64,000 nucleotides of DNA, from positions 2,604,001-2,668,000 of the forward strand of contig SMSO01000034.1 of NCBI GenBank assembly GCA_004764695.1, given 5' to 3'. A program made the translations under genes and the position numbers. Below, in pieces: positions 34,241 to 46,185 of this stretch. Under the pieces are notes generated by a model. The model was not told where the DNA came from. It saw only the letters and a list, made by a program, of their open reading frames with translations, and did not search any database. Source of the stretch: Schizochytrium sp. TIO01 (lineage: Eukaryota > Protista > Bigyra: Labyrinthulomycetes). Each line of letters begins with the position of its first letter. Within the stretch, counting starts at the first letter, position 1.

Positions 34241-37200
34241 GTACTTTCGCATAAGCAACATACTTTGTTGGCTATTCTCGTAATGTTAAGACAAAGGCTT
34301 AAAGCATTGTCCCGTCAAAGCTCATGCAGAACAAAGCTGCGCGTCCTTTATGTGTAGGAAAGTAGGATCGATGAATTCTCCATACTCCACGAGGAACCTG
34401 AGTTGTCTCACCCCAATTTTTGAGCAAGGAATGAATTAAGCAAGTTTCACACGGGAAGAAACAAATAGCCTACGTGAACTCATCAAATGATTTGCGTTGG
34501 TGCTTCTTGAAGCTCATTGCATATCATGCGTTTCGCTTCTATTGAAAAAGATATGTACACGACTGGAGATCAGAAAAGAACATGAAGAAGACTTGTATCT
34601 TCAGGATGAAGCTTGAAAACTTTGATAGGTCGCTGCTATGATTTATGCATGCACTCGAGTCGGTGGAAGTACTGAAATTTGGCATACTCTACTTCAGTAT
34701 CTTGTTGACATATACAGGGCGAGTCGACATTTCAGCGCTAGCTCCATGTATACTTATAGAAGACCAACACTAGATTTCCGTTGGCAGTTTTACTATACGT
34801 CTATACTTGGACTTGATACATTTGAGTAGAGATACCATAAAGTAGCACCTTGCTTACATAATTTGGAGTTTTGTATTTCTCATAATATAGGGCATTGTAA
34901 TAGTACTGAGTAAGCGACCATGCAGCTTAACAAAAATATGATAGCATGAGCTTCTGTACGTGGTGTGCCATGTGAATCAAATTTTGTATATGTAGATGCA
35001 TTGGAACTAGGTAAGTTCTACCTTCATAAAGCAGATGGTATCTAAACATTCTAGCAAGAGAACTGACCCCACTCGAACTTTGGGCTTAACTGTAACAGTG
35101 TCTCTAAAAGCCAATGCAAAAACTTTACCAACCATTTTCTAGCACATGTTTGTCAGTTTTAGTACCTCCTTTCATATCATGAGAAGCCTAGGAATACCCC
35201 ACTCGTCCCCCCTACGTGCTCCCTCCCTTGATGACCACGAGTACACCTTTATATAAACATTCTCAGTGTGGGCAGCGCGAATAAAAACTTAGGGCACTAC
35301 CATTCTGATTTAAGAGTTGCTGCGATTTTGACTTCCTCAAATAATACTTTTAATACTAGGTATCTAAGCACTGCTAGTAAGGCCCGGTCTTTTAGCGAAT
35401 TACTATTACTGACGCCATAAGGTTACTAGTACCAGCTACTAAACATCAAACGCATTGTTGAAAATGTTAAAAAATATAAAAAAGTCCTGAAGAGTTTTAA
35501 TTATTTAATGTTCAATTTAATTTAATTATTTTAATTTAAAAACAAAAAAAAAGAAGAAAAAAGTAAAGGAGATAAAAGGCGTAAACTTCCTAACATGTTT
35601 TAAGTCTCCGAAATAACCTAGCGTCCGATTTACAACAGTCGAGCATTTTAGCTTATTTTAATAATGAATATGAGTTTGTGCACCAAAGGTCATTTAATTG
35701 ATACGGAAGCATCAGGAAGCAGCTCTGTTTGGACGCCGCAAAGGTGTACTGCGTGTATATATGAACATATCTGCAAGAAGCACCAGAGATCGACCCATTG
35801 CGTGCAAAAATCGAGCGATTTCGACGTTCATTTTCTTTCATTCGTGCCACCTAGTATTTTATCCTTTGCTATTTTTAACTTTGAAGAGAAGAACTTGGAA
35901 AAGCTAAAAATCGTTCGTTCATTCACTCATTCAATAAATCGTGCCACTCCTACTATTTACCATAACTAAATTGCCTTTAGCAATGCGAGTGTCCTACTAA
36001 AGCTCTTACACAGACAAGTAGGTAGGTACTCCCACTTTATCTTAAAAGTTTAATCAAAACAATGAAGAGTAAAATAAAAACCTTCTTCATAGGTACTATA
36101 CGCGCCAGAAACGCCTCGCACCTAGCACTCTCTACCTCCGCACTAGCCACTCTCCGCAAGAACCCACCCTCCAAGTAAGCCACGGCCAGTCAAACAAACA
36201 ACCAAACAACCAAACAGCCAAACAACCAAACAAACATCAACATAGTCATGGCCAAGACGGCGGAGGCGACGCGAGCAAGAACAGGAGCTCAAGATATGAA
36301 AAGCGTAGACTTCCGAAAGGCCCTTCCTCCTCTCTCTCAAGTCCGCCCATCCCAAGCCTCGCTTCATTCGCCAATCAGTCAGTCAGTAAGGTAAAGAAAG
36401 AGCAAAGAGAGAGAGAGAGAGAAAGAGAGAGAGGGGAGGACAGGACAGGACAGGACAAAATCCAACGAGATAGGGGGCGTCTGAAGTTTGTGTATAGAGA
36501 GGGGGCTGTGGGTGGCAAGTCAGAAGCAAGTGGGTCCTTCTTCATTTCCCTCTGGGGCCAATTTTGGGCGCCGCGCCTTCTGTAGGTGCCGAGCTCTTGG
36601 CAGCGGAGCACGGCCGTCTCGGCCGCCGCCTCTTTGCTTGGCCGTGCGAGAGGGTTCGGTGTTCTGCTGTGGTAGTATAGAGTTATAAAAGGTTAGAGCC
36701 CTCTGTCTCGGGGATTTTCAGAGGTATATTGCCAAATAAATACATTATTCAATTATTCAATTTTGGTGTAGTTGAAAACGGTCTGAAAAGTAAGTATCGC
36801 TACTGGAAGGGAGGCATTACAGCTAGCTAGGGGTTTCTATACCAGTGCAGGAGCGCGCAAAGGGCCTGTGCTGGCGGATAGTAGTAGTGCCTAGAGGCTA
36901 CCCTACTAGCAGGCAGCCAAAATATGAAGGGGAAAGGAAGCTAGCTAGCTAGGCCCCTAGAGCCGCGGCTACCGTAAGGTCTAGTGGCCATTGTATAGTT
37001 GCAGCAGCAGCGGCTCTGCACATTACCGCTCAGCCTTCTGTTTGCAGGTGTTCGAGCACGCTCATCGGGGCGCGCTTGTTTGGCTTCAAAGGACTCTCGC
37101 GGCGACGAAGGAGTGAGCAGCTCATCTCATCTCCCGCATCAGCAGAGAGGGATAGCGATGGCAACAATTCTGGTCTTGGATCAGAAAGCAGAGCCCTCAA

Positions 37201-37544
37201 GTTTAATACATATCATCTATGTACGTGAGTATTCTCGCCCAAGGGCGCTTTCATCCAAGCTTACCGCGCGCGGAATACCATGAGCCCTGGAGAAGGCTTG
37301 GTGCGGCCCCCTCAGATGAGAAAGTGGTTCGTCCACAGCATCAAGCCTCGCTCAAGTCTGACTTCGCTTCGAGGTGCTTGATTCTCCAAACAAAACCTCA
37401 ATCTGGAAATATGATTTGCTGTGTCTCAATGCGTCGCTCCTCTTCGTTCCCATCTCTGACGCTCTCTATTTCTTTTTCTATTAAACATTTTTAGGCCTAC
37501 GTATATAAACAAATATATTTAATAATAAATTTTTAAAGGCTGAA

Positions 37545-37570
37545 AATAATAATAATAATAATAATAATAA
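37545..37570. repeat. (AAT)n microsatellite
   Basis: Read directly from the sequence. Confidence 0.9.
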
Positions 37571-40209
37571 GTCGGGAAAGGAGCTGCTTCTGGTGATAGC
37601 AGTAGCAGTTAAGAAATGCAGGCTTGGGAGGTTTACTTACCGAGGTCGCCTCCAGCAATCATTGTTATAAACAGGAATCACTTTGCCATTGTGCCAAGGC
37701 TCCCACCAATCTCCATCGTTGGCTCTATCCTGTAGTCGAATTACTAATTGGCGGATTGACTTAAGCTCCCACTCGAAAGGCGCTCTTTCCAAGTGCGCGA
37801 GTACACTACCAATTAGTTAGTAGTGTATACGGGTATTCCTTCTGTTTGTTTACTATAAGGTCAAATCAAAACTTCAGGGCTCTGCTTTTTTATCTCTAAG
37901 ACCAGAATTGTTATTGATTCCTGGGAACTCTGCAGCGGCGTCATGAGATAGGGTCACGTGGGATGGCTGAAGGCAGTCGTAGAAAGGGGCCTCTCGAGCT
38001 TACCCTCGCAGCCGTCACGCCGCTTGGCGTCTCTCTTTGCCTTTTGTTCAAGCTCTGCGGCAAACATCACTTTTTAGTTTAACCTCGATTTTGTATAGCT
38101 AGGTACCTCGCTATCCAGCTAGCTAATCAACAGACGGGTAGGTACCCTGTTCACATTAATTTAAATTTGTTTTGTTTTGTTTTGTTTTATTCTCAGTCGG
38201 TGTTTCTCTCTTAGTAACTAAAAAGGAATTTATATTTTTAGAGGTATACATAATAATAAAAGCTGTAAGAAACACTTCGAAAAATAGAAAAATAGGAAAT
38301 AAAGTTGAAAACAGAAAGTTAATGAGAGAAGCAAAGAGCGTCTCGCCAGTTGTTTTATTTTGTTTTGTTTTATTTGTTAATTGATTTGTTTTGTTCCGAG
38401 TTCTGAGTTGGTTACCCAAATACCTAGCTCTCTGCTTGCATTCATGACTTGTGGAACGACCTAAATGCCTATAGTACTAAACAAGGATGGCTGCAAGGCC
38501 TACTACTTTTGAGTACCCACTAGGGAATTACATAGGTAGGCGGGTAGAGTATTTACTTAAAGTACTTTTCAACTTTCCAAGTAGCTTACTCCGGCCTTAA
38601 AGACTTTTTTTTTTTTTCTCCTAATTATTAACCAAGTTACTACCGCACCTGCTACCCGATAATAATTTGAGAGTAGATTAAAAATATATAACCACAGCAT
38701 TTGGCAAAGTTTCTTCGTTTGTGAGAGGAGCTAATTGCAAAATTGTTGGGGAAGTCCCCAGACTTATAAAAGACAAGTTTTCTACATACTTTATTAGCTA
38801 ATATAAAACATACCCACACTTAAATACATTGCAATCAATGTTTGTGTTATGCAATAGTGAAGAATATATGGCCTTAGTTACTGCGGGAAGAAGAATGAAG
38901 AAACTTGTGTCACTAAGACATACCAAGTTGAAAAAGCTCCAGTGAGAGTGGAAGAAAGTAAGTAAGCACATGCCTGGAAAAAGTAATTAAAAAGGCATGG
39001 GAGGGCAGCTTTAGAGGCAGTGGCGATGACTACACTGTGGTACATGGTCGCTTCTGAGGGGCATTAGTAGTGAGGAAGATGAAGAAAGAGAGGGGAGGAT
39101 TTTCATACTGACAACTGAAGAGGCAAACCAACAAAACAGAAATAATAGTTTTTCTCTTTCCAGTCAAAGCTAAAGCAATTTTCAATCCCTGCTCAAGCGA
39201 GGAGGCCTCCAACCCCTCCTTGAGCTCTTCTGCAGCCGGCTAGCGCGAGCACCCCAGCCGCGCCACAGACGCAGCATCGAGCGTAGTATCCGCATCCACC
39301 TTCGGCTCTTCGCACGCAGTGCGACTCCTTTCCTCGTTGCCATCCGCTCGCCCCTTGGAACGAAGCTGACGGTCATCTCATCTATCTCAGCCGCATCTCT
39401 CCATCTCTTTGCGGCTGCTTCTGTTGCAGCTGCCCTCCTGGTGGTGTTACTGGTGGTGCTGGGCGTCTTAGCTGTAGCACAAGTTCACCCCATCGAAAGA
39501 GCTCGAGCGAGCAAGAGCGCGCGAGGCTATAGACAGAAACGAGAAAGAGCACAATCGACAAACAATCGAATATTTAATCATTCATTCATCAAACAAACAA
39601 ACCCTCACATCTTCACTTAAGAGAAACAGCTCACGAGATCCTTCAAGGCGCCCTTGAACCAGAGGTCCTGGCACAGAAGTCGTAGTAAGTGGCGTCTTTG
39701 TTTCGATTTTGAGCAATCTCCAGAGAGAGGTAGAGAGATCGATCGAAAGAAAGTACTATCTGTACCTGCAGGAAAGAGCTGCTTGGTTGATCGTTCCTTT
39801 CTTTGTTTGTTTCTTGGTTTCTTTGTTTGTTTCTTTATTTCTTGTTGTTTCTTCTATCTCTTTGAGTTAGTGCTTCCTGTTTCTTTTATCTTTCTTCTCT
39901 CCCCTCTGTCTTTGCGCGCAGTTTCCGCTTTCCCCTCTTACGCTCTCTGTGCCTGTGCCCCCTCGCCAAAGAAGCGCCCCTCTCTCAAAAAGAAAGAAGG
40001 GGAAGGAGCAGAATCAGAGAGAGAAAAGAAGTCAGAGAAGAGAAAAGAAAGTGGGAAAGAAGCAACAATTTCGCCAACTGAGAAGAAGAAAGAGAGGGAG
40101 AGAAGAGCCTTCTCTCGTGTAGGGCGTAGGGCGAGGAAACTCAAAGCTCTTGCGTTGCGGGCGGGCAGCGGTGGCAGCTCAGGGTAGGAGAAGGGAGGGA
40201 AAGGGAAAG

Positions 40210-41094
40210 ATGCTTCCTTCGGACGGCCCGGAACTCAAGTCGAGAAAGCTGAACAGCGACGGGGTTGCTGGCAACAACAACCTGGTCAACAGGAGCAACA
40301 GCGCCACCTACAACAACTCCGACTGTAACAACAACAATTACAGCCAATCTGGCGCTGGGGATGTTGTGAGCAACAGCGCGAGGGCTAACTCGAGGCATGA
40401 AGATGGACCCAGAGCAGCGCAGACGCCTAGAGATTTTGCAGACTTCTTACGTGAATGTATAGACTCGTCAGAGAGGAGCGGCCAGCTTTTGAACCTCGAA
40501 TTTGATGACAATGAAACCAACTCTTCCGCAGACAGGACAAACAGCGCAACAGACTATGATGGGTCACGAGGGCCCTCTTCAGTTGGAGGAGACACAGACT
40601 CAACAAGGACGATGCCAGGAGAACCATCTTCAGTAAACGACGATGGGACTTTACGTCGAGGGTCAAGGCGTACTTTTCGAGGAGTTCACTGGAACCCAGC
40701 ACGCAGGTGCTTTGTGGCAAGGATGTGGCGGAATGGTCGTTGCGAGAACCTTGGTGAATTTTCTACAGAAACCAGGGCTGCTTTAGCTTGGGATGTCAAA
40801 GCTGAGAGCTACTTTGGTCCAAATTTTGCAGAGTTCAATTTTCCTTCCGAGGAGGATCGAGCTAGACTTTGGATGGCATTTACACAACAAATCCCCTTTG
40901 AAGATCTACAAAATAATACGCCAAGTAGTAGCAGCGGCGGGGGTAGTAGCAGCAGCAGCTCTGACGGGCAAAGCAATAGCAATGGGACTAATGATGATGA
41001 TGGTGGTGATGATGATGACGATGATGATGACGGCGATCGTATTATTAATCCAAAAGCTTACCAAGGAAGGTATAAGCTAGGGAGCAGTGAGTAA
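40210..41094 (+). CDS. AP2/ERF-domain DNA-binding protein, copy A (294 aa from ATG 40210)
   Basis: AP2 consensus FRGVHWNPARRCFVARMWRNGRCENLGEFSTETRAALAWDVKAESYFGPNFAEFNFP, with low-complexity N/S/D-rich flanks. The start ATG is conserved in both copies. Confidence 0.9.
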   Translation: MLPSDGPELKSRKLNSDGVAGNNNLVNRSNSATYNNSDCNNNNYSQSGAGDVVSNSARANSRHEDGPRAAQTPRDFADFLRECIDSSERSGQLLNLEFDDNETNSSADRTNSATDYDGSRGPSSVGGDTDSTRTMPGEPSSVNDDGTLRRGSRRTFRGVHWNPARRCFVARMWRNGRCENLGEFSTETRAALAWDVKAESYFGPNFAEFNFPSEEDRARLWMAFTQQIPFEDLQNNTPSSSSGGGSSSSSSDGQSNSNGTNDDDGGDDDDDDDDGDRIINPKAYQGRYKLGSSE

Positions 41095-44000
41095 ATTTCT
41101 CCCAGCTCAAGTATGGTTCTGCTGCTCTACACCTCTACATTGAACTCCCCAAACTACATTCTAAACCCAAACACGCTTCTTGTGGCCCTTACATGTATTT
41201 TTTTGACGCTGTTGACGCCAATTGTTTCATTCTGGCCTTTTATGAGCCCTAAGCTAATCTAACTCATGTCCCTACAATACTTGTTTAGATTTATGAATAT
41301 TCTTTACTTCTTTTCTTTTCCTTTTATTCTAGAGCAACAACCGTATTTTAAGCACTGAGTAGAGCTTTGTTGATCAGCATCTCGTAAGATTTTTGGCTTT
41401 ATGTTGAGGAGATAAAACGCTGGTTATGAAAAGTGGATGTCTTGTCTTAATAAACAACAAGAAAAACGACCCGTCCAATACTATTTATTGATCTGCACAG
41501 TTCCTAACATTCAAACTTTCAACGCTTAGTGTCGGTTTTCGAGTTCTAATCGTTCTCTCGAAGTTGAAAGAATGAAGCTTGGCGTTCTCAGCTCCGAGCT
41601 CTGTGCTTGCTAGCAGCGTGTTCCCCTCTTGCAGCAGAGGGAAACACAGTGAAGGCTCAGACAATCACCAAACAGCATAAACTCTCAAAGCGGTGTTAAG
41701 GCATCGCAAAACAGGAAGAAAAATGTCTACATATGAATATAATACAGGGGGCTTACTGATTTGTTGTTATGCGCGTTTCTGTACTTCTCTCTGCACCCAT
41801 GTAGCTTGTCTCAGGCTCAGCTCCAGCTCATACGCAGCACATGGTCAGGAAGCTCTGTCAAGACATTCATATTCGCTGGCACTTTTGACTCTTTTAAGGT
41901 AGAGAAGCTAGGGCAATCACATTTAGCTGTGATCTTGTTTTCCCTCCCGCTGGGAGGGTAGCAGTTCATGCTACCTCGGTAGGTACTAAGCAGTAAATAG
42001 CTGCCAGTTTCTTCTACATATTTTCGACCCTCGACACAGCGAAATGTGTGGTTACACAAGTAAAGCCCCCAAATTTTGAATGCTTGGCCTGGCAGGCTCT
42101 GCAGAGCTCCAGATCTGCACGTTGAAGCGTCCGCCTCCTAGCTCGCAGGTCCATTTCTTCACCGCTGCTCGAGGGCTAGGGTCGCATCTCTCGCAACCCG
42201 TGATCGAGGAGAAACATCGCGGATAATACATCCCAAACTTCTATTGTTTCCTGTGGAGTAGCTGTGGTCTGCTCAGAGCTGCTCCTAAACGTGCAGCGTA
42301 CCGCCTGCACTCCCATAGGACCTTAGCGGCTATCGTGCGGAGGCACTCTCTCAGCGATGTACTTTGAGACTCTTCCGCACTTCGGGCTGCCAAGATAATA
42401 AAGTTGCGACGCCACAAGAAGAACTCAGGCCATCCTCTCAAGCACAATAAGGAGAGCAATGCACGACGTGAGCTGTATTTGTTGTTGTGTTGAGTTGAGT
42501 TGAGTTGAGTTTGATTTGACATGGTCTGTTTCGGCCTGCACTCTTGACCCAACATCCCAAAGCTGCCCAAGCGGACTTAGGAATGAGGAAAATACTTAAA
42601 ATACTGGAGCGTTGAGGCCTCTTTCCGAGTGGCTTCAGTACCGTCCGTGTCGTGTTTTCTTTTCTAAGCAAACGGATGGATGCGCTGTGTCGAGCAACAG
42701 AAAGCAACAGAACAAAGTGTAACTAAACTATGTATATCCAAGCAATGTGGAAGTAACTATATCACGGGGTTATGTGATCCCCGAGGTAGGTTAAGCTGGA
42801 ACGAAAGGTCGAATGAAAGGCCGAATACGCGTCTGACTGGTATCAGCAGAGACGACCTCAAGACCCTCGGACCCAATAATGCCGTGTGCGAGAAACTGCG
42901 AAGCGAAATATGTCAGGAATGCGAAGATTGAGAGTCTTGGAGTGGGCGTTTCGCCATCTCCCCTCGGGGAAACTTTCAATAACATGCCTTTCATATAATT
43001 CGGGGAAACATAATATCCATATATAATATGAAATACATGAATACCCGAGGTTATAGTATACCCTAGCAGAAGGAGGTTACCACGATCGATGCATGTTTCG
43101 AGAGTTTTCTGCACATTCTATTTTTTAAAAAAAAATCTAAATAATACTTTTCCGGTTTCAAGTGCTTCGGGGCTTCCTAGTATATAGCGTTCAACGCACC
43201 ATTCGTGACGCATTCGCAATGGTACTGGGTCACGGGAGTGGAGTTGCTCCAACCTTATGTATATCATATTATAAATTGATTAAATATCTTTTTTCTATAG
43301 TGTTTTTTTTTGTCTTTTTTTGTTTTTGTAATGCCATACCTGTAACCTTTGTGTTTCGAGAAGCATGAGAAGATACTATCTAGGACAACAATCGAGAGAA
43401 TAATTGAGCGCTTGGGAATTCACTCTGGGGGTTGCAATCATACAGACGGGTCGCCATGGGTTATCTTTACTATCACTAAGCATAGAGAAGGATAAGCCTC
43501 TGAATGCAAGGAATTCCCATGGCACTGTTTAAAAATTTCTTTGGCCGGCAACAATGACACAATCCACGCATCACCACATTCTCTTTCCAGACCAACCTTT
43601 ACGGTGAGCATGTCAAGCGTACGTCGAACGCGTGTTTTAAATATCATTATTTGTTGAGCCATTCTTTCTGTCTTCTTATGACGAAAAGAGAAAGGGTTTG
43701 GTGGTAGCACCGACTTCTGCAGAGACGGCAGCATCAACTTCACCAACGCCTGCTCCAACAAATGCCCCAGTGCACCTTGTGTGTAAAATAGTTGGTGCCA
43801 AAGTCAATACATAGGACCACAAGAAGATTCTGAGTGCACACAATAACACTCTCCTGGTGCCGAGCAAAGTTGATATGGAAAATGTAATCAACTAGAATCT
43901 TTGACTACCATTGTAGTACTTAGAGTCTTCGTGGGTCACGCGCCTTACGTGCTTGGCAAAGCAATCGTACAAACAAGAAGCGGAAAAGAATTAAAATAAG

Positions 44001-44692
44001 ACAGCGCCTTCAAGACACGCCGTGTCAAGCATGAAGGATAACTGATAAACGATTTTTTAATGGGGCTTAGGGATAAGACAAATCTTGGCATGAAGTTTAT
44101 ATTTTACGTCGAAAAATAGTAGGTGATAGTTTGAATCTTACATACGTTAGCCTTTGTATCTGGCCGCAATGCCAGGGGCGATGAACACCACTCGAATGAA
44201 GGTGACGAAGTGGGACCTACTATACTAACTTTACGATTCCACAATTTTGAAGTTTGGCATATACTGGATTGATGCTAATTAAGGCATCAATTTCACGATG
44301 CCTAGATAACTTCGAGAGTCGAGCTTCTGCAATACCGCACCTTATACTCTCTCTAAACATACAACCCTATGGAAGTTCGAACTAGTGGTTATGGAAGACA
44401 GGCAGCTCGCTCTTAATTAAGTTTTCATGTTTCTCTTAAGCTTTACACAAAGAAAAGTGTTGGAACACACAAAGTCTTTCTCAGTACATCAGTAGTGCAA
44501 TTGACAAATCTGAAAAGCAAAAAGGAAACGTTCAGTCTTCAATTTCTTGAATACTAGAATAGGAAACACTGAAGGGGTGATTATTGATTTCTTAATTTGG
44601 TTTCACTAACTTCAACGATTGTGAGATTACAGAAAATTTGTCAAGGATATCAGAAGCTCAAAAATTATTCGAATAGATTTTATCGACAACAT

Positions 44693-45123
44693 CTAATGTA
44701 CAGAAGATTGCATTTGAAATTTGCTTTCCAAGTGCATGAGGACTTGATGTAACCCAATTCGTGCAGGACTAGCCTGTTGATGAGATAGGAAATCCTCATG
44801 ATACTTATTATGCAACAACGAAGGATATACTGGACGCCATCCGCCAAGATGTCTTCGCTCTTTATAGTATTGTATCAAATACTTCCACTCAACTGAAGTT
44901 AAGCTACTAAGAGTCGAGATGGCACAACCCTTTAGGTCCATCCAAAGAGATGAGCTAACGGGTTCTTCGTTTGTGTAAAACATTGGTTGATTGTTTCTGG
45001 TATGCCATTGCTGCCAACCATACTCACCACTTAGCATAACGACTGATATAACCCGATCTACTTCTTCAAACAGTTTATCTGTGCTTTCGCCTTGCGAATT
45101 AAGGTGAGCTTGCAGCTCTTGAA
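44693..45123 (-). pseudogene. Truncated 3' fragment of the TTL-like gene with a 165-bp internal deletion
   Basis: About 98-99% identical to 58062-58657. It lacks 58354-58518, which encodes the catalytic YQILGLD...EVNAQPS region, and is fused at 45123 to retrotransposon gag. Confidence 0.92.
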
Positions 45124-45830
45124 TTGACGCTTGGAATTGTTCTGGGAAGGATGATAAGAGTTTGCTTGTAGATGTGTGGGTTCAGGGTTCTCAGCGTGAT
45201 AGGCACGTTTGCCTTTAAGTGTGCATTGTTGTGCAACTTCCCGTTCCGTGTTTCGTAACCCTTGAAACAATTCTTTATTATACTCTGTGAGTTTAATTGC
45301 TTTGCCATAGATTGCAGCTGTTTGTGGACCCATGTAACGAATACGTGGTAAGAGGTTGATGAGAAACATGCAATCATGTAACGTAATGCCGGTAGCTAAC
45401 AATTCTACCTGAGTGTTGTACAGTTCCATAAACCATACCATGATTTCGTTTTCTGGCATACTCTCAAGAGAATTGTCAAGGTATTTCCGAAGACATTGTA
45501 AGAGTGCTGTAACCTTTTCAAGGTTGGTCTCACCAGGCTGTTTTTAAAATTCAATTTGAAGCTGTGCCCAGGTAGCGCGTCCTTCACGTCCATCGTGAAA
45601 TTTACCATAACGTAGTAGGTGTTTTGGAAAATTTGGACCAGCTTGGTTGCTGAGTAAAGTGAAAAGTGCACTGTCTAGTAGACGTTGACTCTTAGGGTCA
45701 GTGGTAGCTTCAATTTCCTCAGGAGTACATCCATAGTGATCCATGTATCTCATTACATTAGCTGACGAGGTCTCCCAGTTACTTCCCATTAAATCGAGAG
45801 AAGATACTATAGGAATCTGGTTGATTCTAT

Positions 45831-45989
45831 CGATTAGAATGTCACCACTACGGTCCTTTGTAGAGTCGTCATTCAAGTCTTCTCGATTAGAATGTCACCA
45901 CTACGGTCCTTTGTAGAGTCGTCATTCAAGTCTTCTCGATTAGAATGTCACCACTACGGTCCTTTGTAGAGTCGTCATTCAAGTCTTCT
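45831..45989. repeat. Perfect 53-bp tandem triplication within gag
   Basis: CGATTAGAATGTCACCACTACGGTCCTTTGTAGAGTCGTCATTCAAGTCTTCT at 45831, 45884 and 45937. Confidence 0.97.
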
Positions 45990-46185
45990 GAGTCATCGTC
46001 ATAGTCGGAGTCATTGAGATGATCCTTCGTCTTCTGACTTTCTTCATAAAGCCTTTTGTACTTTTCTAGATGTATTACTTGTTCCTGTAGCTTTCGAATT
46101 TCTTCCGCAGATATTTCACTCTGGCTCTCGGTGTTCGCCGCTTGGTTCGTCCTGCTCCGCCTGCTTTCTTTCGAGGAAGTCATCA

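Larger units (their letters stand above)
33930..45123 (+). repeat. Segmental duplication copy A; left limit approximate
   Basis: Collinear with 46560-58657 throughout, e.g. ATATCTGCAAGAAGCACCAGAGATCGACCCATTGCGTG at ~35767 and ~48423, the AP2 gene, and the TTL 3' end. Confidence 0.93.

Noticed and set aside
38600-39540. Conserved gene upstream of the AP2 copies (also 51600-52550)
   Set aside because: The similarity is explained by the duplication. Stops and frameshifts differ between copies in the frames examined.
44980-44984. 165-bp gap in the TTL fragment as a spliced intron (retrocopy)
   Set aside because: The missing segment cannot be placed with GT...AG ends, is bounded by 5-bp direct repeats, encodes the catalytic motifs, and non-coding flanks are co-duplicated.
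45831-45989. CRISPR-like repeat array
   Set aside because: The units are contiguous with no spacers, lie inside gag, have no cas genes nearby, and the context is eukaryotic.
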